Assembly: GCF_038025025.1 (NCBI RefSeq)
Contig: NW_027117347.1
Location: forward strand, 310,001-374,000
Length of the DNA stretch: 64,000 nucleotides
Direction: 5' to 3'
From: Phyllosticta citribraziliensis
Taxonomy: Eukaryota
A program made the position numbers and the translations under genes. Below, piece after piece: positions 47,201-54,286 of this stretch. Each line of letters begins with the position of its first letter. The stretch's first letter is position 1. Under the pieces are notes generated by a model. It did not search any database, had not been told where the DNA came from, and saw only the letters and a list, made by a program, of their open reading frames with translations.

Positions 47201-50200
47201 GTTGGCGCGCCGTTGGAGGTCGTCATGGAAGACCTGGCCGAGGCGAATGTGGAGAAGGAGCAGGAGCAGAAACAATATCGACGGCGTGACGACGAAGAGA
47301 AGTTGGCTCCCGCCATTGGCCCTGATGCTTTGGCCTACGAGGGCATCGAACCTGCGGGAAAACCTTTGGAGACACCCAGCGTCGAGACTCAAGAACCGAG
47401 CCCCTTCCCGGCTGGACAGCGCTTCGAGCCCGAGGAAGCGGGCGACGACGAGTGGGCCGTGTCGACCAGCAAGAAAAAGGGCAAAAAGGGCAAGGCGAAG
47501 AAAGGGAAACAAACTTCCCCACCAAGCACTCCTCAAGAGGCTGAACCCGAGTCTGCTCCTCGCGTTCTCACCAGTGAGCCGCCTGCGCAAGAGTCGCCAA
47601 CCGATTTGTCCTTTCAGCAACACCAAGAGCGGACAATTGGTGAAGAAACCACCTCGGGAGCCGTGGCGGCCGAGCCTGAGGAGGCTGGTGATGACGAGTG
47701 GGCTGTCCCCGTCAGCAAGAAGAAGGCCAAGAAGGGGAAGAAGGGGAAGCGTGCCTCACTGCTGAACTCACCGCCGCTCGAGCCTCGAACTGAATCTGTC
47801 GAGCCTTTGCAAGACTCACGACTCGACGAATCGGTCAACGAGCCCTCTGTCTCACTCAAACCTGATCCGCCAACTGAAATTGACCGCGAGCAGCCAGCGC
47901 CCGAGGAGGCCGAGGCCACGGCTTCGTCTACTTTGCCCACGGAAGTGACTGCAGATGACGAGTGGACTATGCCCAGCGCGAAAAAGAAGGGCAAGAAAGG
48001 AAAGAAAGGAAAGCGGATATCCCTGCCCGGTAGTCCTGCACCCGAGCCTGTAGCGAGCGAGCGAGAGCCCGAAGTCGTCGAACACGCACAGGAATCCGCC
48101 TTCGACCGACAAAGCGAGGGGCCTGCGTCGCAGTTTGCGGCTAAGGACGTTGCCGACGACGTTCAAACGCAACTACAGACCGAGGACGCGTCGGCTGCTC
48201 CCGCTGATGCTGGTGGAGAAGCAGGCGAGGAGGAGTGGACGGTGCCTGTTAGGAAGAAGAGTAAGAAGGGGAAGAAGTGGAAAGCTGTTGAGCCGGCTTC
48301 CGACTCGGTCACTGCTGGTTCTGGTACCATTATCGAACCGGAGTCTCGGATGGAGCCCGCATCGTTGGTTGAGCCCGCAGTTGAGTCTGAGTCTGTCAAA
48401 GCTGTGGACGACGATCCTTCAGACAGCCAGACTGTCCAGATTAAGGAGGAAATCCCGACGGATTCTCCGCTTACACGGGAAACTCGTCAGGACGATCAGA
48501 TCAGCGCAATTCAGCCAGAGGAGGCGGGTGAAGATGAATGGGCCGTGTCGAGCGGCAAGAAAAAGGGGGAAAAGGGCAAGAAGGGAAAACGAGCTTCCCT
48601 TCCCGTCTCTCCACCTGCCGAACCTGAGCTAGAGTCTACAGTAAAGCCTGTCTCCGACTCTTTTGAGACCTTCCCAGGCCCTGTGGTCCCGGAGCAAGAG
48701 ACGATTACTCGTGACCAAGCAAGCAAGACGCTCGGTGAGCAGGCTGCCAGCGATCAAGAGGCGATGCCGACGGAGGCCGGCGAGGATGAGTGGGCCCTGC
48801 CCGGGAAGAAGAAGAAGGGTAAAAGTGGGAGGAGAACGTCAACACAAGGGTTGGGGGCACTTGAATCTGAGGTGCCGGGCAAAACCTCTCTTGTTGACCC
48901 CAATCAAGATTCACAACACCTCGACGCAAGCATGGAAGCGAGTGGTGAGGCAAACAAGCCCAGCGCCCCTGTTGGCGTGGAGCTTGGCGGGGACCAGTTG
49001 CGTGCAGAGCATGCAGGTGAGAGCGACTCATTGCCTACGATGACAGTGCCGCCCACCCAGGAATCTCACGGCAGTGAGATCACGTCGCAGTCTTTGGATG
49101 AGCCAATAATCCGAGAAGAATTGGAGACGGCGACTTCGCCACAAGAAGCTGATGAATGGTCAATCCCAAAGAAGAAGAAGAAAGGCAAAAAATCAAGATT
49201 GTCGCTACCAAGCACGCCACCCGTTCTCGAAGATACCGAGAGGCAGATTGAATCGAGTGAGGAGCAATTCATCGATCCGAGTGATGTTCTCAAGTACGCG
49301 TCAGCTGCGTCGGTCGAAAACGAGCCTCCAATGGTCGATTCGAAGTCAATGGACAATCAACCGCAGGAATTCCACCAGGACCCGGTTCTGCCTGAAGTCG
49401 AGCCCGAGAGGGGCGCTTCTGGTGATGTCGAAGAGTTCATCGACCCAAGCGACGTGCTCAAGTACGCCGCAGCTTCCCAGGCGGGACAGGATCGCTCGCT
49501 GGACGAAGAGGAGCGCGCTGCGGAGTTTGACGATCCGAGACCAGTCTCCACTGCTGAGAATGATGCACCGCATCAAAGATCTGCCTCGCCTGTGGCAGAG
49601 CAAATTACCGATCAACCGTCCATTGCAGAGCCTTCTTTCCAAGCTGACGACTCCGACTTGAACCCAGTCCTCGCGCCAGCCAAGGTATCTAAAAAGGACA
49701 AGAAGAAGACCAAGAAGAAGAACAAGCTGCAGGCATCTCTCGCTGACTACGCGCCCCTCGATTCTTCCCAAAACGCAACCGACACGGAGCCTCTCCTCGC
49801 CCGTGAGCCCTTCGCGGAACCTTCAAGTGCGCGTCCAGTTCAGACTGAAGACGCGCGACCCCAATCACCACAGGCGCCCGCAGCCACGGCCACGCCTGAG
49901 GATGAGTGGGCCGTGCCAGCGAAGAAGAGCAAAAAGGACAAGAGGAAGTCGAAGAAAAGTCGTGGTGCGGCTTCGCCGCCGATGCCTCCGCACGAGGGCG
50001 ATTTGATGGCCGGGGTTGAGTATTTCTCGCCGACAGAGGAGACGGAGCGGGCGGCACTCGATGAGCCTACGACTTTTGGGCTCACTCGAGATGTCGCTGC
50101 ATCGGTGCCTGAGAGGTCTTCTCGTGGTGAGGCTTTGGGCATGTTCGATGAGGGTCTCGTGTCTGGTGCTGGCTCTCCTGCTCCGAGAGAAAATTTGGAG

Positions 50201-53200
50201 GAGAGTTCTAGGAGAGGTCAAGATGTGGAGCCGCTACCTTCTTCAGAACATGAGGGCAGTAGAAAGCGCGAAGTTGACCCTTCCCCGGAAGGACCTGTCC
50301 GTAGGTTACCGACTCCACATGAGACCTCGGGCGTCAGTTTCGTACAAGACGAACCCATCAACGAGCCGCAAGCCTCAAAGAGCAGACCAAAGACGCCTGA
50401 AGAGCGCGCTAAATCACCAAACCGAGACATTGATTTTGCCGCAACGGTCGCCGCCGGTTTGGAAGGCGCTGGTCTCGACGCCAATCTCGTTCTCAATGAC
50501 CCGGCCTTTTCTGAGCGCAAGAGCCCGCCTCGCTCCACGGGCGAAGCAGACCCTGAAGAGGTGTTTATTCCAGCGCGGCCTCGGAAAAATGAGAGCACAG
50601 ATGCCACGTCTCCACCGGCTGAGAAAATCAAGAATACATCGACATCTGGAGAAAAGCTGTCGGGCCAGGATGCTGCCTTTGACGCCGCGCTCTCGTCTGT
50701 CCTCGCCGATCCGACGTTCAACAGGCGGACTCCGTCTCCTGACTCTGCCAAGGAGGCCGTGTCGGATGAATTCTTCCCTTTTCAGAAGAGGTCGAAAAAG
50801 AAGAAGAGCAAGGCACCTGCTTCTGAGGAATTGCCGGCGACTCGGGAACGCATCGAAGATTCAAGAGCGTCGGCTCGCAACTCTACTGGTATACCGTTCG
50901 CAACGCCCGATGACAACGAGCCCTTCTCAGATCCCGGCACTCCGTTTGAAGAACACATGACCGAGTACTTCCCAGTCGGCGCTGCTCATCCGGCGGCTAC
51001 TCATATACCTCCACCTCCTCCACTGCCAAATCTTGGCGAAGATGAGCAGCATGAGAAACCAAGGAGAGAGGGGCTGGGTTTGATGGGTATGGGGAGTTCG
51101 TCCAAGTCTTGGGCGGAGCAGATGGAAGAGGAGGAGAAGAAGGTGTCGGGAATGGAGGAAGACGAGGGGATGATGGGAATGGGTGGTAAGGCGGCAGCGG
51201 TGGGGGCTGCTGGTTTCGGAGCTGCTGGTGTGGCAGCTTTAAGGCATCGAGGCGACAGTGAAGGAGGAGAGGAGACCGGAGAATCCGTAAGCAAGGCTGA
51301 TGCGAACATGGCATCTAGCCACCTCGGTGCGTCCAAGAGTGTGGAGGATTTCAAAGTTACGCCAGAGGAGAGGCCGTTCTCACCACCAACTCCAAGCAAG
51401 CTTGCTCATCTGTTCCCCGGACTGGAGCGCGTTAAACGGCGCGTGCCATCGCCTAGGGATGATTTTGAGCAGAGCGTCCCAGAGCGGAGACCGTCACCGA
51501 TCAAGCAGGACAACAACGCGGTCAGACTTACCCAGCCGATTCAATCGAACTGGAACCCTCTTATCCGCGACAGCGCCGTCACCATGAACGATACGCCTCC
51601 TTTAGGCGTCGACGCGTTCCACGATGCTGGACGGGACAGCGGGTATCATGATGACTCGAGGAGGGAGTCGGCACATGTTCCCGGACAATTGCTCGATCCA
51701 GTTCCTGAGATTGCAAGGCATCAGGTTGAGGGCCCAGCGCTGACATCGAACCCTCAAGACAACGCGGCGGCATCGTCTCCAACGGAGTCAATCACGACCA
51801 CCAAGCAACGATCATCGGCTTTGTTTCAATCGCCGGGGTCTACAAATGAGGCACCTGCTGAGTCCCAAGGACTCGCTGAGGCTTCTGGTCATGGCAGTAC
51901 TGCGCCGCCTTTTCCTCAACACGTTACGGAACCAATCACTGTTCCTGCGGAAACTACTCAGCCGTACGTGTCCATCTTTGGCGACGGCGTTCCTGGGTCT
52001 GCTGACAAGCCGCCTCCAAGTTTGACTCCTCCCAGAATGTGGTCACCGCAGCCTCTAGACACGATCAGAGAGCACAGCCCGGAAGAGTCTCCCTTGGCCA
52101 AAAAGAGCAGACCTCTGTCTGACGTAGGGATGCCCGAGCATGGACTCAAATCCATGCGCCGATCGGACACGGAGGACATGGAGGCCTCTCCGCGACTCCC
52201 GAGCGACGATAACGGACCGCCCAAGAAGATCTGGTCAGGAAAGCCGCCAGAGAAAGGGCCTGGTCGCGCACGCGGTGCAAGCGTGGGCAGTGATGTGGCA
52301 GTGTTAAGTGGACGGCGGTCGCCGAGCGGGCAAAGTGACCTGTCTGCGGCAAGCAAGGGCGATTTTGGCAGCATATTCGCCAGGATCAAGACGCCAGATA
52401 TGCTCTCGCCTGCAGGAAGCACCCTCAGCCAGCGATCAGCGACTCCTCCGCTGCGGCGAATCAACAGGGCCATGTCAGGTGACTTGAGGACGGCAAGTCT
52501 GGTTGCCGAGGCCAAGGCGTTGACGCGCTCCAACGCTCAGACCGCCGCTCCCTCAGCAACCACCGCCACTGCCGGCCCGTCAACATACGACCGCGTCCAC
52601 GACAAGGGCAAGGCGCGGGCCCTGACCATGAACGAGGAATATGTACGTGTCTCTGCTGCTTCACTTGTCAATGACTTCCAATGGCTGACTTCTATTTCTC
52701 TGCAGGAGGGCTGGGGTGACGCACCAGACACGCCTCGATCACCGTCGAGACCGCCGAGCATCCGCAAGCGCCAGAGCATGCACATCATGGACCTCGAGAC
52801 GCGGCTCGACCAGCTCGTTTCTGAAAACCGCCTGCTGCAGGATGCCAAAGCGAGGGCTGAGGACCATCAGCGCGACTCGACCGATCGGCAAATAGCCGAG
52901 GCCGTCCAAGCACGTGATGAAGAGCTGCGCGCCAAGGATGCCGAGATAGCTTCCATCAACCAGACGCTGGCCAGTTTGAGGGAAGAGATTGCCCGTCTCA
53001 CCGATGTCAATGCTTCTCTCGCTGCTTCCAACAAGAACCTCACCGAGGATACCAACCAGCGCTATGCTACGCTGCAGGTCGAGACGCAGCAAGCTCAAGA
53101 ACAGTATGAGCAGACCACGGCCGACCTTGATCTCCTTCAGCAGCAGTACCGACATCTCCAGGCCGGCGTAGAGGGCGTCGTGCGCGACGAGGTCAACCAT

Positions 53201-54286
53201 CGTCTAAGAGAAAAGGAAGCCGAGATTGCTCGGCTGCATGGCGAACTTGCGGATGCAACGGAGCAAATCAAGACGCTGCAACAGCAGATTCTTGGATCCA
53301 GGCAAGGCGAGACGTTCCTCGAGTTCCGAGACGAGGACTACTTCGATCAGGCCTGCCAGCAGCTTTGCCAACACGTGCAGCAGTGGGTGCTCCGCTTCTC
53401 CAAGTTTTCAGACACCAGAGCTTGCCGCCTATCCTCGGAAGTGAGGGATGAGAAGATCGAGACGCGGCTCGACAATGCCATTCTCGACGGTACTGACGTC
53501 GACATGCTACTCGCAGACCGCGTCCGACGGCGCGATGTCTTCATGTCGGTCGTCATGACCATGATTTGGGAGTACGTCTTTACGCGGTACCTGTTCGGCA
53601 TGGACCGCGAGCAGCGCCAAAAGCTCAAGGCGCTGGAGAAGCAGCTGTCAGAGGTCGGACCACCACGCGCCGTGGCACAATGGCGCGCCATCACGCTTAC
53701 ACTGCTCTCACGTCGCGAGAACTTCCAATATCAGCGCTCGCAAGATACAGAGGCCGTGGTCCAAGAGATTTACAACTCACTATCCGCACTACTCCCACCG
53801 CCCTCCAATCTCGTCGACAAGGTGCTCGACTCGCTGCGCAACGTGATGCGCCTGGCCGTCGACCTGTCCATCGAAATGCGCACCCAGCGCGCCGAGTACA
53901 TTATGCTGCCGCCGCTGCAGCCCGAGTACGACAAGCACGGCAACCTGCTGCGCAAGGTGCATTTCAAAGCATCGCTCATGAACGAACGCTCGGGCGAGAC
54001 GACGTCCAACGCGGAGCTCGAAACCGCGCACGCCGTGGTCAAAATCGTCCTCTTCCCGCTCGTCGTGAAAAAGGGCGACGACCTCGGCGACGGCGAGGAT
54101 GAAATCGTCGTCTGCCCCGCCCAGGTCCTCACGGCCAAGCCGTCGCGCGACCGCAAGGTCGTCCGCGTCCTGAGCGGCGCCATGGAGATTGACGACCGTC
54201 GCAGCGCGGGCAATGCCAGCCGCGCGAGCGCGCTGCCGGCTGACGACGGCGGCAGGAGCGTCGTCGACTTGGAGGGGGGTTTCTAG
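35276..54286 (+). CDS. lah: Leashin (Woronin body tether; often annotated as 'involucrin repeat protein'), ~6,300 aa
   Basis: One 19,011-nt open frame from the ATG at 35276. The conserved N-terminal block is GPVSKFVDWWKDHEDVRKMEEYTEYIGVCRDCFDPR. A huge disordered acidic/poly-Lys middle follows. The conserved C-terminal coiled-coil domain reads RKRQSMHIMDLETRLDQLVSEN...DEDYFDQACQQLCQHVQQWVLRFSK...VVKIVLFPLVVKKGDD. There is an in-frame 63-nt intron at 52643-52705. Size and architecture match Pezizomycotina LAH proteins. Confidence 0.85.
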   Translation: MWNKLTGKSDTSSQDGRRKDQRRRTGSVASSHASRNPTRLEDRSDYPPTLSSRGTTYPPPPSSASIASYATAPDRRSTMDHDVRSERTAAYDDREDDPRSTRTDRRRDDESRSERSSKHRERSTSRDRKRDRDDTEREHKKKGKKDTKDGKERREKDEPSKKSTHKSRARASSKADDSIVDEPVRPRAGDSLQRGDSYTSQTAYQPFKYATESAPTTPAERLDAHVGGQFPGQNPSKYAGAYRPPLGEATSYYGDQGESVTYQPGVRVEDPDMLINPHTHLITPSAVPQPPEETGHGSAADFYSGTFDVGVGEDPPTKPPRPQSMPGSFEPDARPKPTRKSSKTEKVHKLSSAASAAGSAALGYALGKHSSHNQSGSTHVSSRIEENVENYTSSSGKNSGHYSTSYSVPPSGDYVPPTSQSDRPGENYISGDNLGHRPTSYSMPPSGEYVPVTSQASRPGLTQSYSMPASGAYVPVASQSSKPGMSSSHSNAGLYAGAAGLAAGYGLHELHSSHHHSPALPPRPSQNGNHGSQGLGYAALGMQHRQNGPVSKFVDWWKDHEDVRKMEEYTEYIGVCRDCFDPREPPSMAPRKHHYHHHHKRRSNGSLRSNRVDKESRYHYSSSDDDGRRNSNSWVAKGLAGYGLAKVGKALWWQNQDFDDTYSAKSGRRYRSSRSSTGRRSRSGSRDRTSTTSRGVIRHRSNSRDSRTSRNYSKTIRDYKIVHHHGHSRSRSRSRDRKSGVFSAAAGAALGASLVGRSKERSRSRSKSPSREYVIKKSYVEKPRSSGSALGVEDARRFSSRHSTTSSHVDHNSHRSSKQNSTGVFGLFTSAASASDRRKTHSKKKKGFFTFANGSSSSTDSGLVYGGSPELRRRSSELRRKGSHKKRRNSDDKLNSTLLGLGATAAALAAVQGRRDEKTRSKHRPSPEVIAVRESKSRKHPDKRQHMPGSYDISSSEDEEWEEVSDAEDDAASIDTGLAFGDYAQSIKSRKSVDSLRSDGSGTNKWDWRWGSKKDKRKRTSTESLKNGTHVDGRSSVSSVPTLQTVFPVPTSDPTMFDAAGRSSSIPSTPQAPYGHPLVTSRPEPPPLQQPQPIMPVSNSIYTSQAPGPSYMAPSGPPVFSSGRPPLANFRNSSDYFRAEDRPMSSPRREEPSTPTSSWKRDAAIAGVAAATGAAIATAHSHASSKAGSSSPSQSTASRRVSSPSSVRFDLTKEQEAREDRQRRKDLRKKEEEQAERERLRRLEDEASLKEAKKREEAENLAAIKRDAEEMQARAREKREREGRAYAASEMERETRRIQRERETMALQAAELERAARDEAERLRQESEAATRQRERLEREILEADSRRERERAEAEERQPSEFEYDVESRERQLQEREADVVDPNKWSGWKEPAAAVGIAAGAAAAAAGLAYSSKNDLHEAPRDDSPRGGRVQFDDDRNHEEPSFDPDYFRKRDQARPSSRDRESDIVRKAASKVLADYDDDSAKVLADLEERYKEPQRRQSMAEFFSPSELSDRKTSISRDYFGPNADADVQSFNVPRIVTVEPPYAPEYSFTATHDDEDAHRYNDIPRLNLIEPTPPVSVASSIRGDRSHPTSPSMPAHHDPITTVEEEVEPKDDKQPKRPGVTWGVDETHYFDTPTPDSVREHFVSDQDLRKSALEELTRRKEHEQEDRQRERQEHDEIVVEHDSPNSPGKRTSYRVSPERSYAEAELPPKPELDRKPKSRSSDDDSPVEEIKRFEDDDREIIEATSPERTPVVLTPTEQRGQFYQSPFFETVSDFTTAFDVSPTGSASGFVEELGPDERPDVSERGMPGAWGFVEDDVASNPFSDTRVVEELPSPTEPHAKDPDLQPKVEEVEDQVFEKPLSKREQRKKDKVAKRGSLGHDDSPSVASTPMDEPVPEELWEDTSSSKSKKKKKKNRDSFGIDTGSASASVASTPVAEEPAAEDLWAEVPLSKKDKRKKKERDREEKRMGRERDPKDMEPSITTTSGSYTPSASGLDIAGDAAKGLGYAAAAGVLAGAMMGSKHTERQPEEPRGREQTSRQPPYPTEDPYIGFSQTPGSYGSEGEHTPSGTFTSTAPYIPSRAFDDVEELADAKKPGKKGKRRSKYGSPSPGSPLRTEVAFDDYVGMDAAAAATAALPHGSNAGAYQTSDFADAVNAPLPKDDASVSSRESEKESRRRRQYVYDEPEEAGVPLFAYREQEADNERNSVFAYRDDWKEHRRGSRQESEGGVSREGGDARSTASDERVVDEHGRRKHRHHRRRESERSDSTRDADTRSVVSEGRYDEEGHRKHKHRKHRSTGVDKDDVGAVVAEFRDDEDDDLRRKHKHKKRFEIEPTIPERPKSDPGVEDAGEERRKHKRRSKRESERGDDEDNVSIVSGPAKYSEKEKEKRSSLFSSLFGRSSKESVASRESKDDRSIDDEERKHRRRKHRSSTLQSSYASDPEDDGVSSTTASRRHRSSSSRREKESARDDSGMDYNSSQQRKHEHDKVFDYYPSSRVTASRFSAYTTVGDESRSFSPAAVLSGGSPFPTTIEDDDGVGHVYDERRQSFLSRSSSPLSYVDDAVEDVLSTGLKQIYTSTPPTATTEAAPSADLSNPLPSQQIPHVASQTEEEKSFLSRRARGPEAPASLTSPPLPINTSVGHAAQQPPLPSASHQHPPTTAASLLSLGGDENDPEFDEAFPIFTALPPSRPGSPTGIVPATADESTVTSPPPSLGINTKASRQVESPASGMRSPSATAIPLRFRIGASRNVSGGTSAVQSPVEPHHGSSATGGAWDEHPQHQNFGFSPSPSPFQDRYYAQAPWQQPHQESAASSPVPTTMPTPTHSRHATASPMPSPTAIPNPFFRPRPSSMHMHKKTSSAGVVSTGKEFRPLYLVESVRGRSKSSPSGVRGKERWTADEQAWAEARDDRWDDVAVEDLPALPGSRRGSEASVQSARSADDEPEGDTARGDVENAAQPEMVEISRNSPVHSLAEMTPAPTSTNVFDFLVQDNDDDEPTGTTSTQDPPIEKNPKASASKKSSPASSLFGGLLSRTSSKKGKKGKKAKKLGTASPPRSSSPPPRDPELDLAWRERDTADAVADWFEGGDVLAGESAADAAKEPGEPIAKEEEEAPKVVHVPPALLTRDSKGKGKAKAKGKSKAKSKKGKDKSKSEGQNDDDVQQEAGDLSLSEAPTPGAATPLEAPDPSRSASGFDRDVDRDLWREEIESHRSGNERSRSRSPRAPLEPREVGEGQQMSASRDLGEGPHVETEQESVAPRDDPTVQPLAQDSPPVQAPVDVFAYLEREDEPNVSSMSSSAPVPESVSVRAPIDVEPDSSSSTKEEHKSPDVGDEHKNDAAAVGSGLAVATGALLAAHGQEQQQTSPLPEAEPIVEEPSVPEPSTPADDSDLNPVLAPAKVPKKDKRKAKKKNKLLRGQSDEGVTTVRAPSPAPAAAKGLEVKTAGSLLSESGSAPAVGDDSSLLKTTGGDEGEGVGKPAATPILQDEGTTGRSEVELRGVSGDLDVAQPQSLEPAMLQETGPSLKEVQEERAVGGDFDQAATPLEQPSDFHQISHAQRQPSPELEHDFPRHGSGGGAQSIPTDHHHETPDNEAFSTPLPLSPPSSPLSLPITSAVMESIFSATEQAGHPRGLAEWDDRQELGRDNVANMPLPDLAEDGMHFQREGPLREGEQSRGLEMEERNDVKTASISGHTQLEDQASNFQGQASSTVKPQKIPIPPNYLEQPIVQEPSSIGQSQTPSSASVDTPPAAGNVATPTATTPGKKGKKRSSSVAAVTAAPSAPLPTLATPPPVQKARKRGEPRANKEFIPSLEETAAPVPMSEPVSSRSLPLSAEEVARPVQTSEPVSSRSLPLPVEEERAGAATPEPEHDPETLDSGVNTPPIHVLEMGQAVQVEVTSPTQKPTSVVVGQAMPVPGRSERPVPVSLQHEDDGIRDRDGSFESAGLEGQEGGSEERMKRDRDIAAAKRQLEALGVGAPLEVVMEDLAEANVEKEQEQKQYRRRDDEEKLAPAIGPDALAYEGIEPAGKPLETPSVETQEPSPFPAGQRFEPEEAGDDEWAVSTSKKKGKKGKAKKGKQTSPPSTPQEAEPESAPRVLTSEPPAQESPTDLSFQQHQERTIGEETTSGAVAAEPEEAGDDEWAVPVSKKKAKKGKKGKRASLLNSPPLEPRTESVEPLQDSRLDESVNEPSVSLKPDPPTEIDREQPAPEEAEATASSTLPTEVTADDEWTMPSAKKKGKKGKKGKRISLPGSPAPEPVASEREPEVVEHAQESAFDRQSEGPASQFAAKDVADDVQTQLQTEDASAAPADAGGEAGEEEWTVPVRKKSKKGKKWKAVEPASDSVTAGSGTIIEPESRMEPASLVEPAVESESVKAVDDDPSDSQTVQIKEEIPTDSPLTRETRQDDQISAIQPEEAGEDEWAVSSGKKKGEKGKKGKRASLPVSPPAEPELESTVKPVSDSFETFPGPVVPEQETITRDQASKTLGEQAASDQEAMPTEAGEDEWALPGKKKKGKSGRRTSTQGLGALESEVPGKTSLVDPNQDSQHLDASMEASGEANKPSAPVGVELGGDQLRAEHAGESDSLPTMTVPPTQESHGSEITSQSLDEPIIREELETATSPQEADEWSIPKKKKKGKKSRLSLPSTPPVLEDTERQIESSEEQFIDPSDVLKYASAASVENEPPMVDSKSMDNQPQEFHQDPVLPEVEPERGASGDVEEFIDPSDVLKYAAASQAGQDRSLDEEERAAEFDDPRPVSTAENDAPHQRSASPVAEQITDQPSIAEPSFQADDSDLNPVLAPAKVSKKDKKKTKKKNKLQASLADYAPLDSSQNATDTEPLLAREPFAEPSSARPVQTEDARPQSPQAPAATATPEDEWAVPAKKSKKDKRKSKKSRGAASPPMPPHEGDLMAGVEYFSPTEETERAALDEPTTFGLTRDVAASVPERSSRGEALGMFDEGLVSGAGSPAPRENLEESSRRGQDVEPLPSSEHEGSRKREVDPSPEGPVRRLPTPHETSGVSFVQDEPINEPQASKSRPKTPEERAKSPNRDIDFAATVAAGLEGAGLDANLVLNDPAFSERKSPPRSTGEADPEEVFIPARPRKNESTDATSPPAEKIKNTSTSGEKLSGQDAAFDAALSSVLADPTFNRRTPSPDSAKEAVSDEFFPFQKRSKKKKSKAPASEELPATRERIEDSRASARNSTGIPFATPDDNEPFSDPGTPFEEHMTEYFPVGAAHPAATHIPPPPPLPNLGEDEQHEKPRREGLGLMGMGSSSKSWAEQMEEEEKKVSGMEEDEGMMGMGGKAAAVGAAGFGAAGVAALRHRGDSEGGEETGESVSKADANMASSHLGASKSVEDFKVTPEERPFSPPTPSKLAHLFPGLERVKRRVPSPRDDFEQSVPERRPSPIKQDNNAVRLTQPIQSNWNPLIRDSAVTMNDTPPLGVDAFHDAGRDSGYHDDSRRESAHVPGQLLDPVPEIARHQVEGPALTSNPQDNAAASSPTESITTTKQRSSALFQSPGSTNEAPAESQGLAEASGHGSTAPPFPQHVTEPITVPAETTQPYVSIFGDGVPGSADKPPPSLTPPRMWSPQPLDTIREHSPEESPLAKKSRPLSDVGMPEHGLKSMRRSDTEDMEASPRLPSDDNGPPKKIWSGKPPEKGPGRARGASVGSDVAVLSGRRSPSGQSDLSAASKGDFGSIFARIKTPDMLSPAGSTLSQRSATPPLRRINRAMSGDLRTASLVAEAKALTRSNAQTAAPSATTATAGPSTYDRVHDKGKARALTMNEEYVRVSAASLVNDFQWLTSISLQEGWGDAPDTPRSPSRPPSIRKRQSMHIMDLETRLDQLVSENRLLQDAKARAEDHQRDSTDRQIAEAVQARDEELRAKDAEIASINQTLASLREEIARLTDVNASLAASNKNLTEDTNQRYATLQVETQQAQEQYEQTTADLDLLQQQYRHLQAGVEGVVRDEVNHRLREKEAEIARLHGELADATEQIKTLQQQILGSRQGETFLEFRDEDYFDQACQQLCQHVQQWVLRFSKFSDTRACRLSSEVRDEKIETRLDNAILDGTDVDMLLADRVRRRDVFMSVVMTMIWEYVFTRYLFGMDREQRQKLKALEKQLSEVGPPRAVAQWRAITLTLLSRRENFQYQRSQDTEAVVQEIYNSLSALLPPPSNLVDKVLDSLRNVMRLAVDLSIEMRTQRAEYIMLPPLQPEYDKHGNLLRKVHFKASLMNERSGETTSNAELETAHAVVKIVLFPLVVKKGDDLGDGEDEIVVCPAQVLTAKPSRDRKVVRVLSGAMEIDDRRSAGNASRASALPADDGGRSVVDLEGGF

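Noticed and set aside
47432..49960. Leashin DEW motifs as Atg8-interacting (WxxL/I/V) or Pex14-binding (WxxxF/Y) motifs
   Set aside because: Position +3 is Pro/Ser and +4 is not aromatic, so neither consensus is met.
35278..54213. Dozens of alternative-frame and antisense ORFs inside leashin
   Set aside because: Expected by-products of a long, compositionally biased CDS; none has a recognisable domain.
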